Shown: positions 5,422 through 12,185 of the stretch, piece by piece
Layout of the letters: every line of letters begins with the position of its first letter
How positions within the stretch are numbered: the first letter of the stretch is position 1
Virus record (IMG/VR): IMGVR_UViG_3300045988_027468
Reading direction: 5' to 3' (one strand)
Source: a virus
DNA length: 12,430 bases
Program-made: the position numbers and the translations under genes
The notes under the pieces: model-generated
Told to the model about the DNA's origin: nothing
What the model saw: only the letters and a program-made list of their open reading frames with translations
Databases searched by the model: none

Positions 5422-6575
5422 TGAAAAAAGAGAATCTTTATAACTTGTATCAAACACAGGTCAAAGACAAAGATACAGCTTTGGACACGTTCTTTCAGCG
5501 AGTTCTTTGTATGACCTCAAAGATGTTTGTGTACACAGGTTTGCCCGATTCGATTCCACAGATAGAACTTGAAAAGATTCTGCAAACTAGTGGAAATGTA
5601 GGAATCGCAAAAGTTAACGGTGAACTATATGCACTACAGGGAAACAGGGGTGGCAAATGTGATGCCTATTACAGGGGAAAAGATTTTATTGTCGCAAATC
5701 CGTGGCTAGAATTGAATAAAACGTACAATATCGGAAAAGATATTGTTGTTATCAATAACACACCGTTTGCAGATTCGATTCTCCCTGTTATCGGGAAATA
5801 TGGTGTACTTTACACAGACGCAGTTATTACTTTAAATATGACTAGCGTTTTAACTAGAATCACTATGTTAATATCTGCTAGTGATGATAAAACGAAACAG
5901 AGCGCAGAATCTTTCCTCAAAAAGATTCTGGACGGTGATTTCTCGGTAATTGGTGAAAATGCGTTTTTCAAAGGTGTTAATATGCAAACACCACCAACAC
6001 AGAGCAACCAGCAGATAACGCAGTTAATAGAACTTTTGCAGTACTATAAAGCGTCAATGTTTAACGATTTGGGGTTGAACGCAAACTATAATATGAAACG
6101 TGAACGTTTGAACACGCAAGAGGTTTCTATGAATATAGATGCGTTAATGCCTTATGTTGACGCAATGTTAACAGAACGTGTTGAGGGTGTTAAGCGAGTT
6201 AACGAAATGTTCGGTACAGACATTACCGTAACTTTGGGTTCTAGTTGGAAAATTGAACACGAAAATTATTTATCGTTACTCAAATCCACAGAAGAGGGGC
6301 ACGAACACACCGAAACAGAAGATGTTGACCCTGTAACCGAAAACGAAAATGAGGAAACAGATGAAACAGAAGAAACGCAAGAAACAGAAGAAACGGAAAC
6401 AGAAACAGAAGAAACAGAAGAAACAGAAGAAACGGAAACGGAAACAGAAGAAACAGAAGAAACAGAAGAAACGGAAACGGAAACAGAAGAAACAGAAGAA
6501 ACAGAAGAAACGGAAACGGAAACAGAAGAAACAGAAGAAACAGAAGAGGAAAAGGAAAACAAAGATGAAGATTAA
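5421..6575 (+). CDS. Portal (head-tail connector) protein, phi29 gp10-like, with a roughly 90-aa acidic Glu/Thr low-complexity C-terminal extension (384 aa)
   Basis: Block resemblance to recalled phi29 gp10 (LP..I....LEK.L...G.VG; vvINNtpFa; N...K+ER+.T.EVS.N; N+.+G..+.V). The C-terminus is ...ETEETEETEETETE... repeated. Confidence 0.8.
   Translation: MKKENLYNLYQTQVKDKDTALDTFFQRVLCMTSKMFVYTGLPDSIPQIELEKILQTSGNVGIAKVNGELYALQGNRGGKCDAYYRGKDFIVANPWLELNKTYNIGKDIVVINNTPFADSILPVIGKYGVLYTDAVITLNMTSVLTRITMLISASDDKTKQSAESFLKKILDGDFSVIGENAFFKGVNMQTPPTQSNQQITQLIELLQYYKASMFNDLGLNANYNMKRERLNTQEVSMNIDALMPYVDAMLTERVEGVKRVNEMFGTDITVTLGSSWKIEHENYLSLLKSTEEGHEHTETEDVDPVTENENEETDETEETQETEETETETEETEETEETETETEETEETEETETETEETEETEETETETEETEETEEEKENKDED
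6390..6545 (+). repeat. Tandem repeat, 39-bp unit x4 (gaaacggaaacggaaacagaagaaacagaagaaacagaa), inside the portal 3' end
   Basis: Units start at 6390 (1 mismatch), 6429, 6468 and 6507 (three identical). Each is in frame and encodes ETETETEETEETE. They sit within a broader GAA/ACN-rich tract, about 6316-6560. Confidence 0.9.
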
Positions 6576-7134
6576 AGAATTTTTCACGGTGGATAACGGA
6601 TTGTTTGAAACCATTTTTGAGCCTAATTTTCCTGTTTTGTACAAATCGATTTTCGGTGAAGACATACCAAACTTAATCGATATTGATTTGCGTTTCAAAT
6701 ATGGAAATAGGGAACTAGTTGACGCTATCACAAATGAAACTGCGACCGATATTATTAAAGGTATCATTACAGTTAAGTTTGACGAATGGCAAAAACAGAT
6801 TCAAGTGTTTAATAACGAATATGATGTGTTAAACCCTGTCACGTCAAAAGAAACAGTTACAGAAAGTAACACCGTTGACGAAACAGGAAATAATAACACT
6901 ATCGATTCAAGTGTAACTTTTAACAATGGGGAATTTGGCAATGACACGAAACAGCAAAGAGATACCACAGGGAACAGACAAGAGACACGCACGAAGACAA
7001 GTAGTAAAAGCGGTATTCCGTCTAGCGTTCCTGTTAGTGAAATTATTCAAAAAGAAATGAATCTCAGAAAAACCAACTTTAAAACACAGGTGGTAACAGA
7101 GATTGCAAAAGAAATTAGTTTAGATATTTATTAA
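6565..7134 (+). CDS. Hypothetical virion protein (189 aa); candidate lower collar/head-tail adaptor or scaffold
   Basis: ATG 6565 overlaps the portal stop by 11 nt. It lies directly after the portal, as gp11 follows gp10 in phi29. The central T/S/N/G-rich segment is suggestive of an extended beta-hairpin. No motif recognised. Confidence 0.65.
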   Translation: MKIKEFFTVDNGLFETIFEPNFPVLYKSIFGEDIPNLIDIDLRFKYGNRELVDAITNETATDIIKGIITVKFDEWQKQIQVFNNEYDVLNPVTSKETVTESNTVDETGNNNTIDSSVTFNNGEFGNDTKQQRDTTGNRQETRTKTSSKSGIPSSVPVSEIIQKEMNLRKTNFKTQVVTEIAKEISLDIY

Positions 7135-7153
7135 TTCTTAAATTTTATATAAA

Positions 7154-8338
7154 ATGGAAGTAAAACAAATTTATACGCTTATTAATAGCGTTTCATCTGA
7201 GGTTTTGGGTAAAACTGATTTGGTACACGAAGACCTCACAGGTATTGTTGATTTGGGTAATGAGGTATTCAATCAGAATGCCGTGGACAATTACGTAAAG
7301 TCACTTGTAAACCATATCGGAAAAGTGGTTTTCGTAAACCGTCCTTATTCGGGCAAAGTTCCATCTGTTTTAATGGATGCGTGGGAATTTGGTTCTGTTT
7401 TGGAAAAGATTTCAGCAGACGTTCCACAGGCTGAGGAAAACGATAGCTGGAATCTCAAAGACGGTACAGAGTACAAACAGGACGTGTTCCACAAGCCAAC
7501 CGTTTCCGCTAAGTTCTTTAACTCAAAGGTAACTTTTGAAGTTCCTGTTTCTATCACAGAACGACAGGTTAAAGAATCTTTCAGCAGTGCTGCACAGTTG
7601 AACGGTTTCCTGTCTATGATTTATAACGCTGTTGAGAAATCAATGACCATCAAGACAGACGCTTTGGTGATGCGTACAATTAACAATATGATTGCGGAAA
7701 CTTTGGACGCAGACAAGACCGCCTTTGGCTTTGTTCCATCTACCAACGAAACAGTAGACTACAGCACAGCTAGCACTGTTAGATGTGTGAATCTGTTGAA
7801 ACTTTACAAAGATAAGACAGGTACAACACTTACAGTGGACGCAGCAATCACAACACCCGACTTTATCAGATTTGCAGCCTACACAATGGGCTTGTACTCA
7901 GACCGTTTGCAGACCATTTCCACCCTGTTTAACGTAGGTGGTAAAGAGCGTTTCACACCAAAGGACGTTTTGCACACAGTTCTTTTGAGTGACTTTGCAG
8001 CCGCTGCAAAAACTTATCTGTATGCCGACACGTTCCACGAGGATAACGTGCTTTTGCCAAAGGCTGAAACCGTGGCAAGTTGGCAAGCTACAGGCAAAGA
8101 TTATGCCTTTGACCACGTTTCAAAGATTGATGTGAAATCTGCTAGCGGTGCTAGTGTTTCTATCGGTGGTGTGTTGGGTGTGATGTTTGACCGTGACGCT
8201 TTGGGTGTTACAAATCTTGACAAGCGAGTAACAACCAACTATAACGCAAAGGCTGAGTTTTTCAATAACTATTACAAGTTCGATGCAGGTTATTTCAATG
8301 ACACAAATGAGAACTTTGTAGTCTTCTTTATCGCCTAA
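7154..8338 (+). CDS. Major capsid protein, phi29 gp8-like (394 aa)
   Basis: Resemblance to recalled phi29 gp8 blocks: DNYVKSLVNHIGKVVF vs NDFITSLVDRIGLVVI; LNGFLSMIYNAVEKS vs FESFVSSIINAIYNS; FFNNYYKF vs YWNYYYHV. Followed by the strongest terminator hairpin in the window. Confidence 0.85.
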   Translation: MEVKQIYTLINSVSSEVLGKTDLVHEDLTGIVDLGNEVFNQNAVDNYVKSLVNHIGKVVFVNRPYSGKVPSVLMDAWEFGSVLEKISADVPQAEENDSWNLKDGTEYKQDVFHKPTVSAKFFNSKVTFEVPVSITERQVKESFSSAAQLNGFLSMIYNAVEKSMTIKTDALVMRTINNMIAETLDADKTAFGFVPSTNETVDYSTASTVRCVNLLKLYKDKTGTTLTVDAAITTPDFIRFAAYTMGLYSDRLQTISTLFNVGGKERFTPKDVLHTVLLSDFAAAAKTYLYADTFHEDNVLLPKAETVASWQATGKDYAFDHVSKIDVKSASGASVSIGGVLGVMFDRDALGVTNLDKRVTTNYNAKAEFFNNYYKFDAGYFNDTNENFVVFFIA

Positions 8339-8358
8339 TTTGGGTTGTTTAACTGTTG

Positions 8359-8400
8359 AGGGTGTTTTCCTGTAGTTGATAGCACGGGAAACACCCTTTT
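8359..8400 (+). terminator. Intrinsic terminator after the capsid gene
   Basis: The stem gggtgttttcc (8360-8370) pairs with gggaaacaccc (8386-8396) with one bulge, and is followed by tttt. Confidence 0.7.
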
Positions 8401-8413
8401 AAACTTTAAAGGT

Positions 8414-8857
8414 ATGATTAAAATTAAAACGTTTAACTATGACGGTAAACCAAACGAAGTAAACAAAACCCTACAGGAAAACAGCGAGTACACAGGGTTG
8501 TTAAATGCTAGTTTTAATGTGCTAACACCTGTAGTAAGATTCAGAATTCGCACACCTGTAACGTTTAATTATGTTTATATCGAAAGTTTAAACCGTTATT
8601 ATTTCGTGAAAGAAATTTCACAAGATGGTGACTTATGCACGGTACGTTTAAAAGTGGACGTTCTTTTCACGTACAAAGATAAAATACTCGCTAGTAGTGG
8701 AACGTTGACACAGGGTGAAAACGTTAACAAATATCTTTCAAACCGTGCAAACGTGGTTGATGTACGACCAAACGTAAGAAAGTTAGATTTTCCGAATAAG
8801 GAACTATTGAACGAAACAGGTAGTATTATTATGGTAACTATAAAAGGTAATAAGTAA
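8414..8857 (+). CDS. Hypothetical tail protein (147 aa); resembles the N-terminal block of phi29 gp9 tail-knob/tube proteins
   Basis: NYVYIESLNRYYFVKEISQDGDLCTVRLKVDVLFTY compared with recalled gp9 [41 protein letters not shown]. The stop overlaps the next ATG (TAATG). Confidence 0.65.
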   Translation: MIKIKTFNYDGKPNEVNKTLQENSEYTGLLNASFNVLTPVVRFRIRTPVTFNYVYIESLNRYYFVKEISQDGDLCTVRLKVDVLFTYKDKILASSGTLTQGENVNKYLSNRANVVDVRPNVRKLDFPNKELLNETGSIIMVTIKGNK

Positions 8858-10728
8858 TGGCAAGTTATAAAATTAATTATCACTTAACAAACTGTACTAC
8901 TACAGCCGCAAGTAGTGAAAATTACGACACAGACGGTAATGTTATAAAGTTTTGCGGAAAAGCTGTTGACGGTTGTTATTTTTTACCAAATGACGGTGAC
9001 TATAATTATATTTCACGTCTGAGTGGTGGAACAACAAAAGTTACACATTTTAATCTGTCACGTGTTTCTGCTAGTGACAACTCAAAAGTTATTAGCGGTG
9101 ATATTGACGGTATTTCATCAGATGGCAAGTATTTTTCAAAACGTTTGACGTTTGGAACAGCCAACAGCGGTGAAATGGAATGTTACTTAAACGCACGTGG
9201 TGGAACACCTACAGTTAAAACGTTAAAGATACACAATAACGTTTCGGGAACAAATGCCGTTTCGGTGCAAAACGATACAAATTTCGATATTACGTTGACA
9301 GGTGACACAGACGGTACTTTTACGGTTGTTCCTGTAGTTACTTACAAGAACACGTATAACGAAACCGCACAGGGAACAATGAACGTTAAAGGTAACGTAG
9401 CTACATTTAGTGTTCCTGTAGAAACAAACGAAGAGGTAACAATAAACGGAACGTTCACACCGAAACCGAAAGAGTTAACAATAACAAACCACGTTTCGGG
9501 AACTACTGCAACCTATGTGCAAAACGGTGAAAATTTCGATATTACGTTGACAGGTAACACAGATGGTAGTTTTTCTGTTGTTCCTGTAGTTTCGTATAAA
9601 AACGAAAGTGGAACGGAAACCACAGATGAAATGAACGTTAACGGTAAAACAGCTACATTTAGTGTACCTGTTGCGACAAACGACACAGTAACCATTACAG
9701 GAACGTTTAAACCCGAAAAGCCACAGAAAAACGTTCCTATTACTTATGCGTTGACAAATTGTACCGTTTCACCACAGCCACAGACAGTTAAAACAGGGGA
9801 AACTTTAAACTTGACTGTCACACCTGTTATCAATTACAAACTAGATTCGTGCAATCTTATTTGGAATGACGGAACGAAAGATATTACGATAAGTGTTACA
9901 GGTGGTGTTATTTCGTTCCCTGTGCCCGATTCTTGCGTTTCTGTGACGATTAAAGCTGTAGCTAGTATAATAACGCCTGTTGGTAGAAATTATGGTGCTA
10001 TAAACGTTTATTGCGTGACGCTTGACAATTTGGACGCATTTTCTAAACAGCGTTTCTTTGAAATAAAAGATGATACACAGGGAATCTATGAAGAGGTTAA
10101 TTTAGGAATCTATGTAAATCGTATCAAACGCATTTTCACAAACGTTCCTGTATCGGGGTCGGATTCTTTGCGGTGTGGTAACTACAACACAGGTATAACG
10201 GTACAAACACCCGAAAAAGACATTATAATGCTAGACTTTGGCAATGTGACGTTAACAGGTTTGAACGGTGATTCGGAAGACTATAACGCACAAATTTCGG
10301 TGTTCATTCCGTGCCGTGGCTTTGTCGCTATAGATAGTAAGTATATCGGTAAAACGGTAAACCTATCTTTCAAAGTGAACGTTATTACAGGTGATGCGGT
10401 AGCGTTTTTGTCCTGTGATGGCGTTATCTTTCAGTTAGAAAGTTTTTCTTTGTCACGTGATGTTATTTACAAGACAGGAACAACAGAACTTAATATCGTA
10501 GGCGGTACGCAATGGGACGAACAAATTTTGTATGGTTTAGAACCTTATGTTATTATCACGCAGAACACTACAATAAACAAGCCTGTGAACAATACACAGG
10601 AAACCGTAACAATAGGGGACGTGACAGGCTACGCACAGTTTGAAAACGTAGATTTGAACACGGTTAATTTGTTGGTCGATGAGTATAACACCATTATTTC
10701 AGAACTTGAAAACGGTGTTTATCTATAA
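8857..10728 (+). CDS. Multi-domain tail protein (623 aa): probable receptor-binding/tail-knob protein with tandem beta-sandwich-like repeats
   Basis: Two adjacent ~84-aa repeats (aa 121-204 and 205-289). Two further modules both open with an LTNCT motif (aa 10-14 and 299-303). The C-terminal end GYAQFENVDLN..EYNTIISELENGVYL resembles the recalled gp9 C-terminus NYVQTKD..DLQEIRTIFDNGITLW. Confidence 0.8.
   Translation: MASYKINYHLTNCTTTAASSENYDTDGNVIKFCGKAVDGCYFLPNDGDYNYISRLSGGTTKVTHFNLSRVSASDNSKVISGDIDGISSDGKYFSKRLTFGTANSGEMECYLNARGGTPTVKTLKIHNNVSGTNAVSVQNDTNFDITLTGDTDGTFTVVPVVTYKNTYNETAQGTMNVKGNVATFSVPVETNEEVTINGTFTPKPKELTITNHVSGTTATYVQNGENFDITLTGNTDGSFSVVPVVSYKNESGTETTDEMNVNGKTATFSVPVATNDTVTITGTFKPEKPQKNVPITYALTNCTVSPQPQTVKTGETLNLTVTPVINYKLDSCNLIWNDGTKDITISVTGGVISFPVPDSCVSVTIKAVASIITPVGRNYGAINVYCVTLDNLDAFSKQRFFEIKDDTQGIYEEVNLGIYVNRIKRIFTNVPVSGSDSLRCGNYNTGITVQTPEKDIIMLDFGNVTLTGLNGDSEDYNAQISVFIPCRGFVAIDSKYIGKTVNLSFKVNVITGDAVAFLSCDGVIFQLESFSLSRDVIYKTGTTELNIVGGTQWDEQILYGLEPYVIITQNTTINKPVNNTQETVTIGDVTGYAQFENVDLNTVNLLVDEYNTIISELENGVYL
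9217..9723 (+). repeat. Intragenic tandem duplication (~252 bp x2: 9217-9468 and 9469-9723) encoding two related ~84-aa domains
   Basis: KTLKIHNNVSGTNAVSVQNDTNFDITLTGDTDGTFTVVPVVTYKN...ATFSVPVETNEEVTINGTFTPKP versus KELTITNHVSGTTATYVQNGENFDITLTGNTDGSFSVVPVVSYKN...ATFSVPVATNDTVTITGTFKPEKP. Confidence 0.9.
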
Positions 10729-10730
10729 AA

Positions 10731-10766
10731 GAAAAGGGACGGTAACAAATACCGCCCCTTTTTTCT
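10731..10766. terminator. Bidirectional intrinsic terminator between the convergent rightward and leftward modules
   Basis: The stem gggacgg (10736-10742) pairs with ccgcccc (10752-10758) with one mismatch. It is flanked by gaaaa upstream and tttttt downstream, so a U-run follows the hairpin in both orientations. Confidence 0.7.
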
Positions 10767-11011
10767 TATTTGCTATAAAATTCATTCATCAAACCTTTTT
10801 TGCAAAGGAAATCGAAACAGCGGTTTTTAATGCCCTTTTCCTGTTCCAAACAGTTAGAAAGATATTCTATAACTTTCTTCTGTGCCTGTAGTGTATCGAT
10901 TACAGAGTTAAGCAATAAACCGTTACCGCCTGTAGTGTTTTCTGATACAAACTTTAAATTGTCAATGGATACTGAAATGGAATCCTGTAAAACTTTAAAA
11001 CCCTTTTCCAT
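10766..11011 (-). CDS. Hypothetical protein (81 aa), last gene of the leftward module
   Basis: The ATG lies 3 nt after the endolysin stop and the ORF ends at the bidirectional terminator. No TM segment or motif recognised. Confidence 0.55.
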   Translation of the reverse strand: MEKGFKVLQDSISVSIDNLKFVSENTTGGNGLLLNSVIDTLQAQKKVIEYLSNCLEQEKGIKNRCFDFLCKKGLMNEFYSK

Positions 11012-11014
11012 AAC

Positions 11015-11437
11015 TTATTTCTTTTCTAAGTTCATAATAATCTGTTGACGTGGTTTGCCGTTACGTGGTGCGACTGAAACGTGAAACCAAAAACTTGTAG
11101 AACCTTTGCGGTGTTCTTTGATTAATTGGTCAAAACCGCCTGTTTCTCTCAGAACCTTTTCCAAAGATTTCATATCAGAGCAAATCAAATCGGCGGCTAA
11201 ACCCTTTTGGTGTTGACTGTTAGAAACACCCCCTACAGCCTTATTTAACACAGGACATCTAAAACCGCTAGAAATCAGAATCGGTTTACCTACCTTCTCA
11301 CGGATGCCGTCTAAATAATCGGCTAACTTATTCAAGTTATCTACTACCTCAAATGTAGGGGTGTTGTCAATACGCAAACGTTTTGCGGTTGCTGAGTTCA
11401 AAAACTCAGATAAGCTAAAATACTTAATCTTTTTCAT
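11015..11437 (-). CDS. Endolysin, zinc peptidase of the M15 family (Peptidase_M15_3-like cell-wall peptidase), 140 aa
   Basis: The signature SGFRCPVLNKAVGGVSNSQHQKGLAADL plus a downstream WFHVS gives the H-x6-D...H zinc-ligand pattern typical of M15 phage lysins. Confidence 0.88.
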   Translation of the reverse strand: MKKIKYFSLSEFLNSATAKRLRIDNTPTFEVVDNLNKLADYLDGIREKVGKPILISSGFRCPVLNKAVGGVSNSQHQKGLAADLICSDMKSLEKVLRETGGFDQLIKEHRKGSTSFWFHVSVAPRNGKPRQQIIMNLEKK

Positions 11438-11639
11438 ATTTCTTTTCTGTTGGTGAAATTACAAACCATTTACGGCTATCTTTGTGTGTCGGGAATCTAC
11501 CTTTTACAGTTATAGAACAATCCCCCGAAAGATAGTCTATTTTGTTGTTAAAGAACTCGCTTACTTTGTCAGAACGTACCATATAAACGGTAACGTTATT
11601 AACCTGTTTCAAAGTGATTTTAAAATAACTATGTTCCAT
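11424..11639 (-). CDS. Hypothetical protein (71 aa)
   Basis: ORF co-oriented with the module. It overlaps the endolysin start by 14 nt. No motif recognised. Confidence 0.55.
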   Translation of the reverse strand: MEHSYFKITLKQVNNVTVYMVRSDKVSEFFNNKIDYLSGDCSITVKGRFPTHKDSRKWFVISPTEKKYEKD

Positions 11640-11655
11640 ATTTATATTTGTTTAT

Positions 11656-11680
11656 GCCTGTGAGTGTTACCCCCACAGGC
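11656..11680 (-). other. Intercistronic hairpin (gcctgtg / cacaggc, 11-nt loop) between the 108-aa and 71-aa genes
   Basis: 7-bp stem read directly. No U-run follows it on the minus-strand transcript, so it is not a canonical terminator. It may be an RNA stability or attenuation element. Confidence 0.3.
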
Positions 11681-11688
11681 TGTTAATA

Positions 11689-12015
11689 TTAACCGATTCT
11701 TTCGCTAGTCTGAATAAGCTGCAAGAATGTACTTGCGTCTTTGCCCAATTTGTTGCACAGCTGAGTAACACAACAACCATATTCTGAAATGTAGTTCAAA
11801 CTATCTTTTGATTCAAAGATAGTATATACATCTTTTGTTAATTTTGGTAAGGTGTTATGCTTGATACAGTTAATTTCGTGCTCATACATTACCTTTGCTA
11901 CATCTGCAAAAACACCCTCTACTATTTGAGTGTTACGTGAAATTTCACTTTTTACACATGTACCGTTAGCAGATATAACGGTTTCAAATTCTAGTGTAAT
12001 TTTATACTTTGCCAT
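11689..12015 (-). CDS. Hypothetical protein (108 aa), first gene of the leftward right-end module
   Basis: The ATG lies about 45 nt downstream of the right promoter -7 box. No motif recognised. Confidence 0.65.
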   Translation of the reverse strand: MAKYKITLEFETVISANGTCVKSEISRNTQIVEGVFADVAKVMYEHEINCIKHNTLPKLTKDVYTIFESKDSLNYISEYGCCVTQLCNKLGKDASTFLQLIQTSERIG

Positions 12016-12059
12016 AATCTTATTATTTAACTGTTTGACTTATTTTTTAATTTCTGCTG

Positions 12060-12091
12060 CAAAGATACGACTTTTTCACGAAACTACCAAA
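12060..12091 (-). promoter_or_regulatory. Right inward promoter, Bacteroides-type (minus strand: -33 TTTG = 12088-12091, 20-nt spacer, -7 TAtcTTTG = 12060-12067)
   Basis: The reverse complement reads aatttggtagtttcgtgaaaaagtcgtatctttgcagcag, 34/40 identical to the left promoter 338-377. Confidence 0.6.
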
Positions 12092-12143
12092 TTATTTTTG
12101 TTAATAGTTCTTAAATTAAAAATTTTAATCTTTTTAACAAAAC

Positions 12144-12185
12144 GTTTCACGTGAAACATTACTAACAGGTTGTTCCACGTGAAAC
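12144..12185. promoter_or_regulatory. Mirror pair of CACGTG-core palindromes in ITR-R: GTTTCACGTGAAAC (12144-12157) and GTTcCACGTGAAAC (12172-12185)
   Basis: Read directly. They sit 53 nt upstream of the right promoter -33 element, the same distance as on the left. Confidence 0.5.

Noticed and set aside
6390-6545. Tandem repeat as a CRISPR array or minisatellite outside genes
   Set aside because: The units are contiguous with no spacers, are in frame, and lie inside the portal ORF. This is a coding low-complexity repeat.
6266-6767. Minus-strand ORFs of 98 aa (poly-Ser/Val) and 163 aa (poly-Phe/Cys/Arg) across the repeat
   Set aside because: These are antisense read-throughs of a stop-free low-complexity purine/pyrimidine repeat. 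They lie inside the portal and 189-aa genes and have implausible compositions.
1442-9695. Short nested ORFs inside confidently assigned genes (1442-1660-, 2431-2676-, 3378-3644+, 4180-4395+, 4470-4754-, 5810-6007-, 6801-6992-, 7345-7557-, 7898-8116-, 8599-8883-, 9513-9695-)
   Set aside because: Each is wholly embedded in a longer ORF that has recognisable motifs or clear operon context. They have no independent start or promoter signals and are typical AT-rich spurious frames.
10679-11048. Plus-strand ORFs 10679-10891 (70 aa) and 10800-11048 (82 aa)
   Set aside because: They span or start after the bidirectional terminator, lack a promoter, and are antisense to the 81-aa gene and the endolysin 3' end.
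11930-12154. 74-aa plus-strand ORF running into the right ITR
   Set aside because: It is antisense to the 108-aa gene and the right promoter, runs outward into the ITR, has a hydrophobic low-complexity composition typical of AT-rich noise, and has no promoter.
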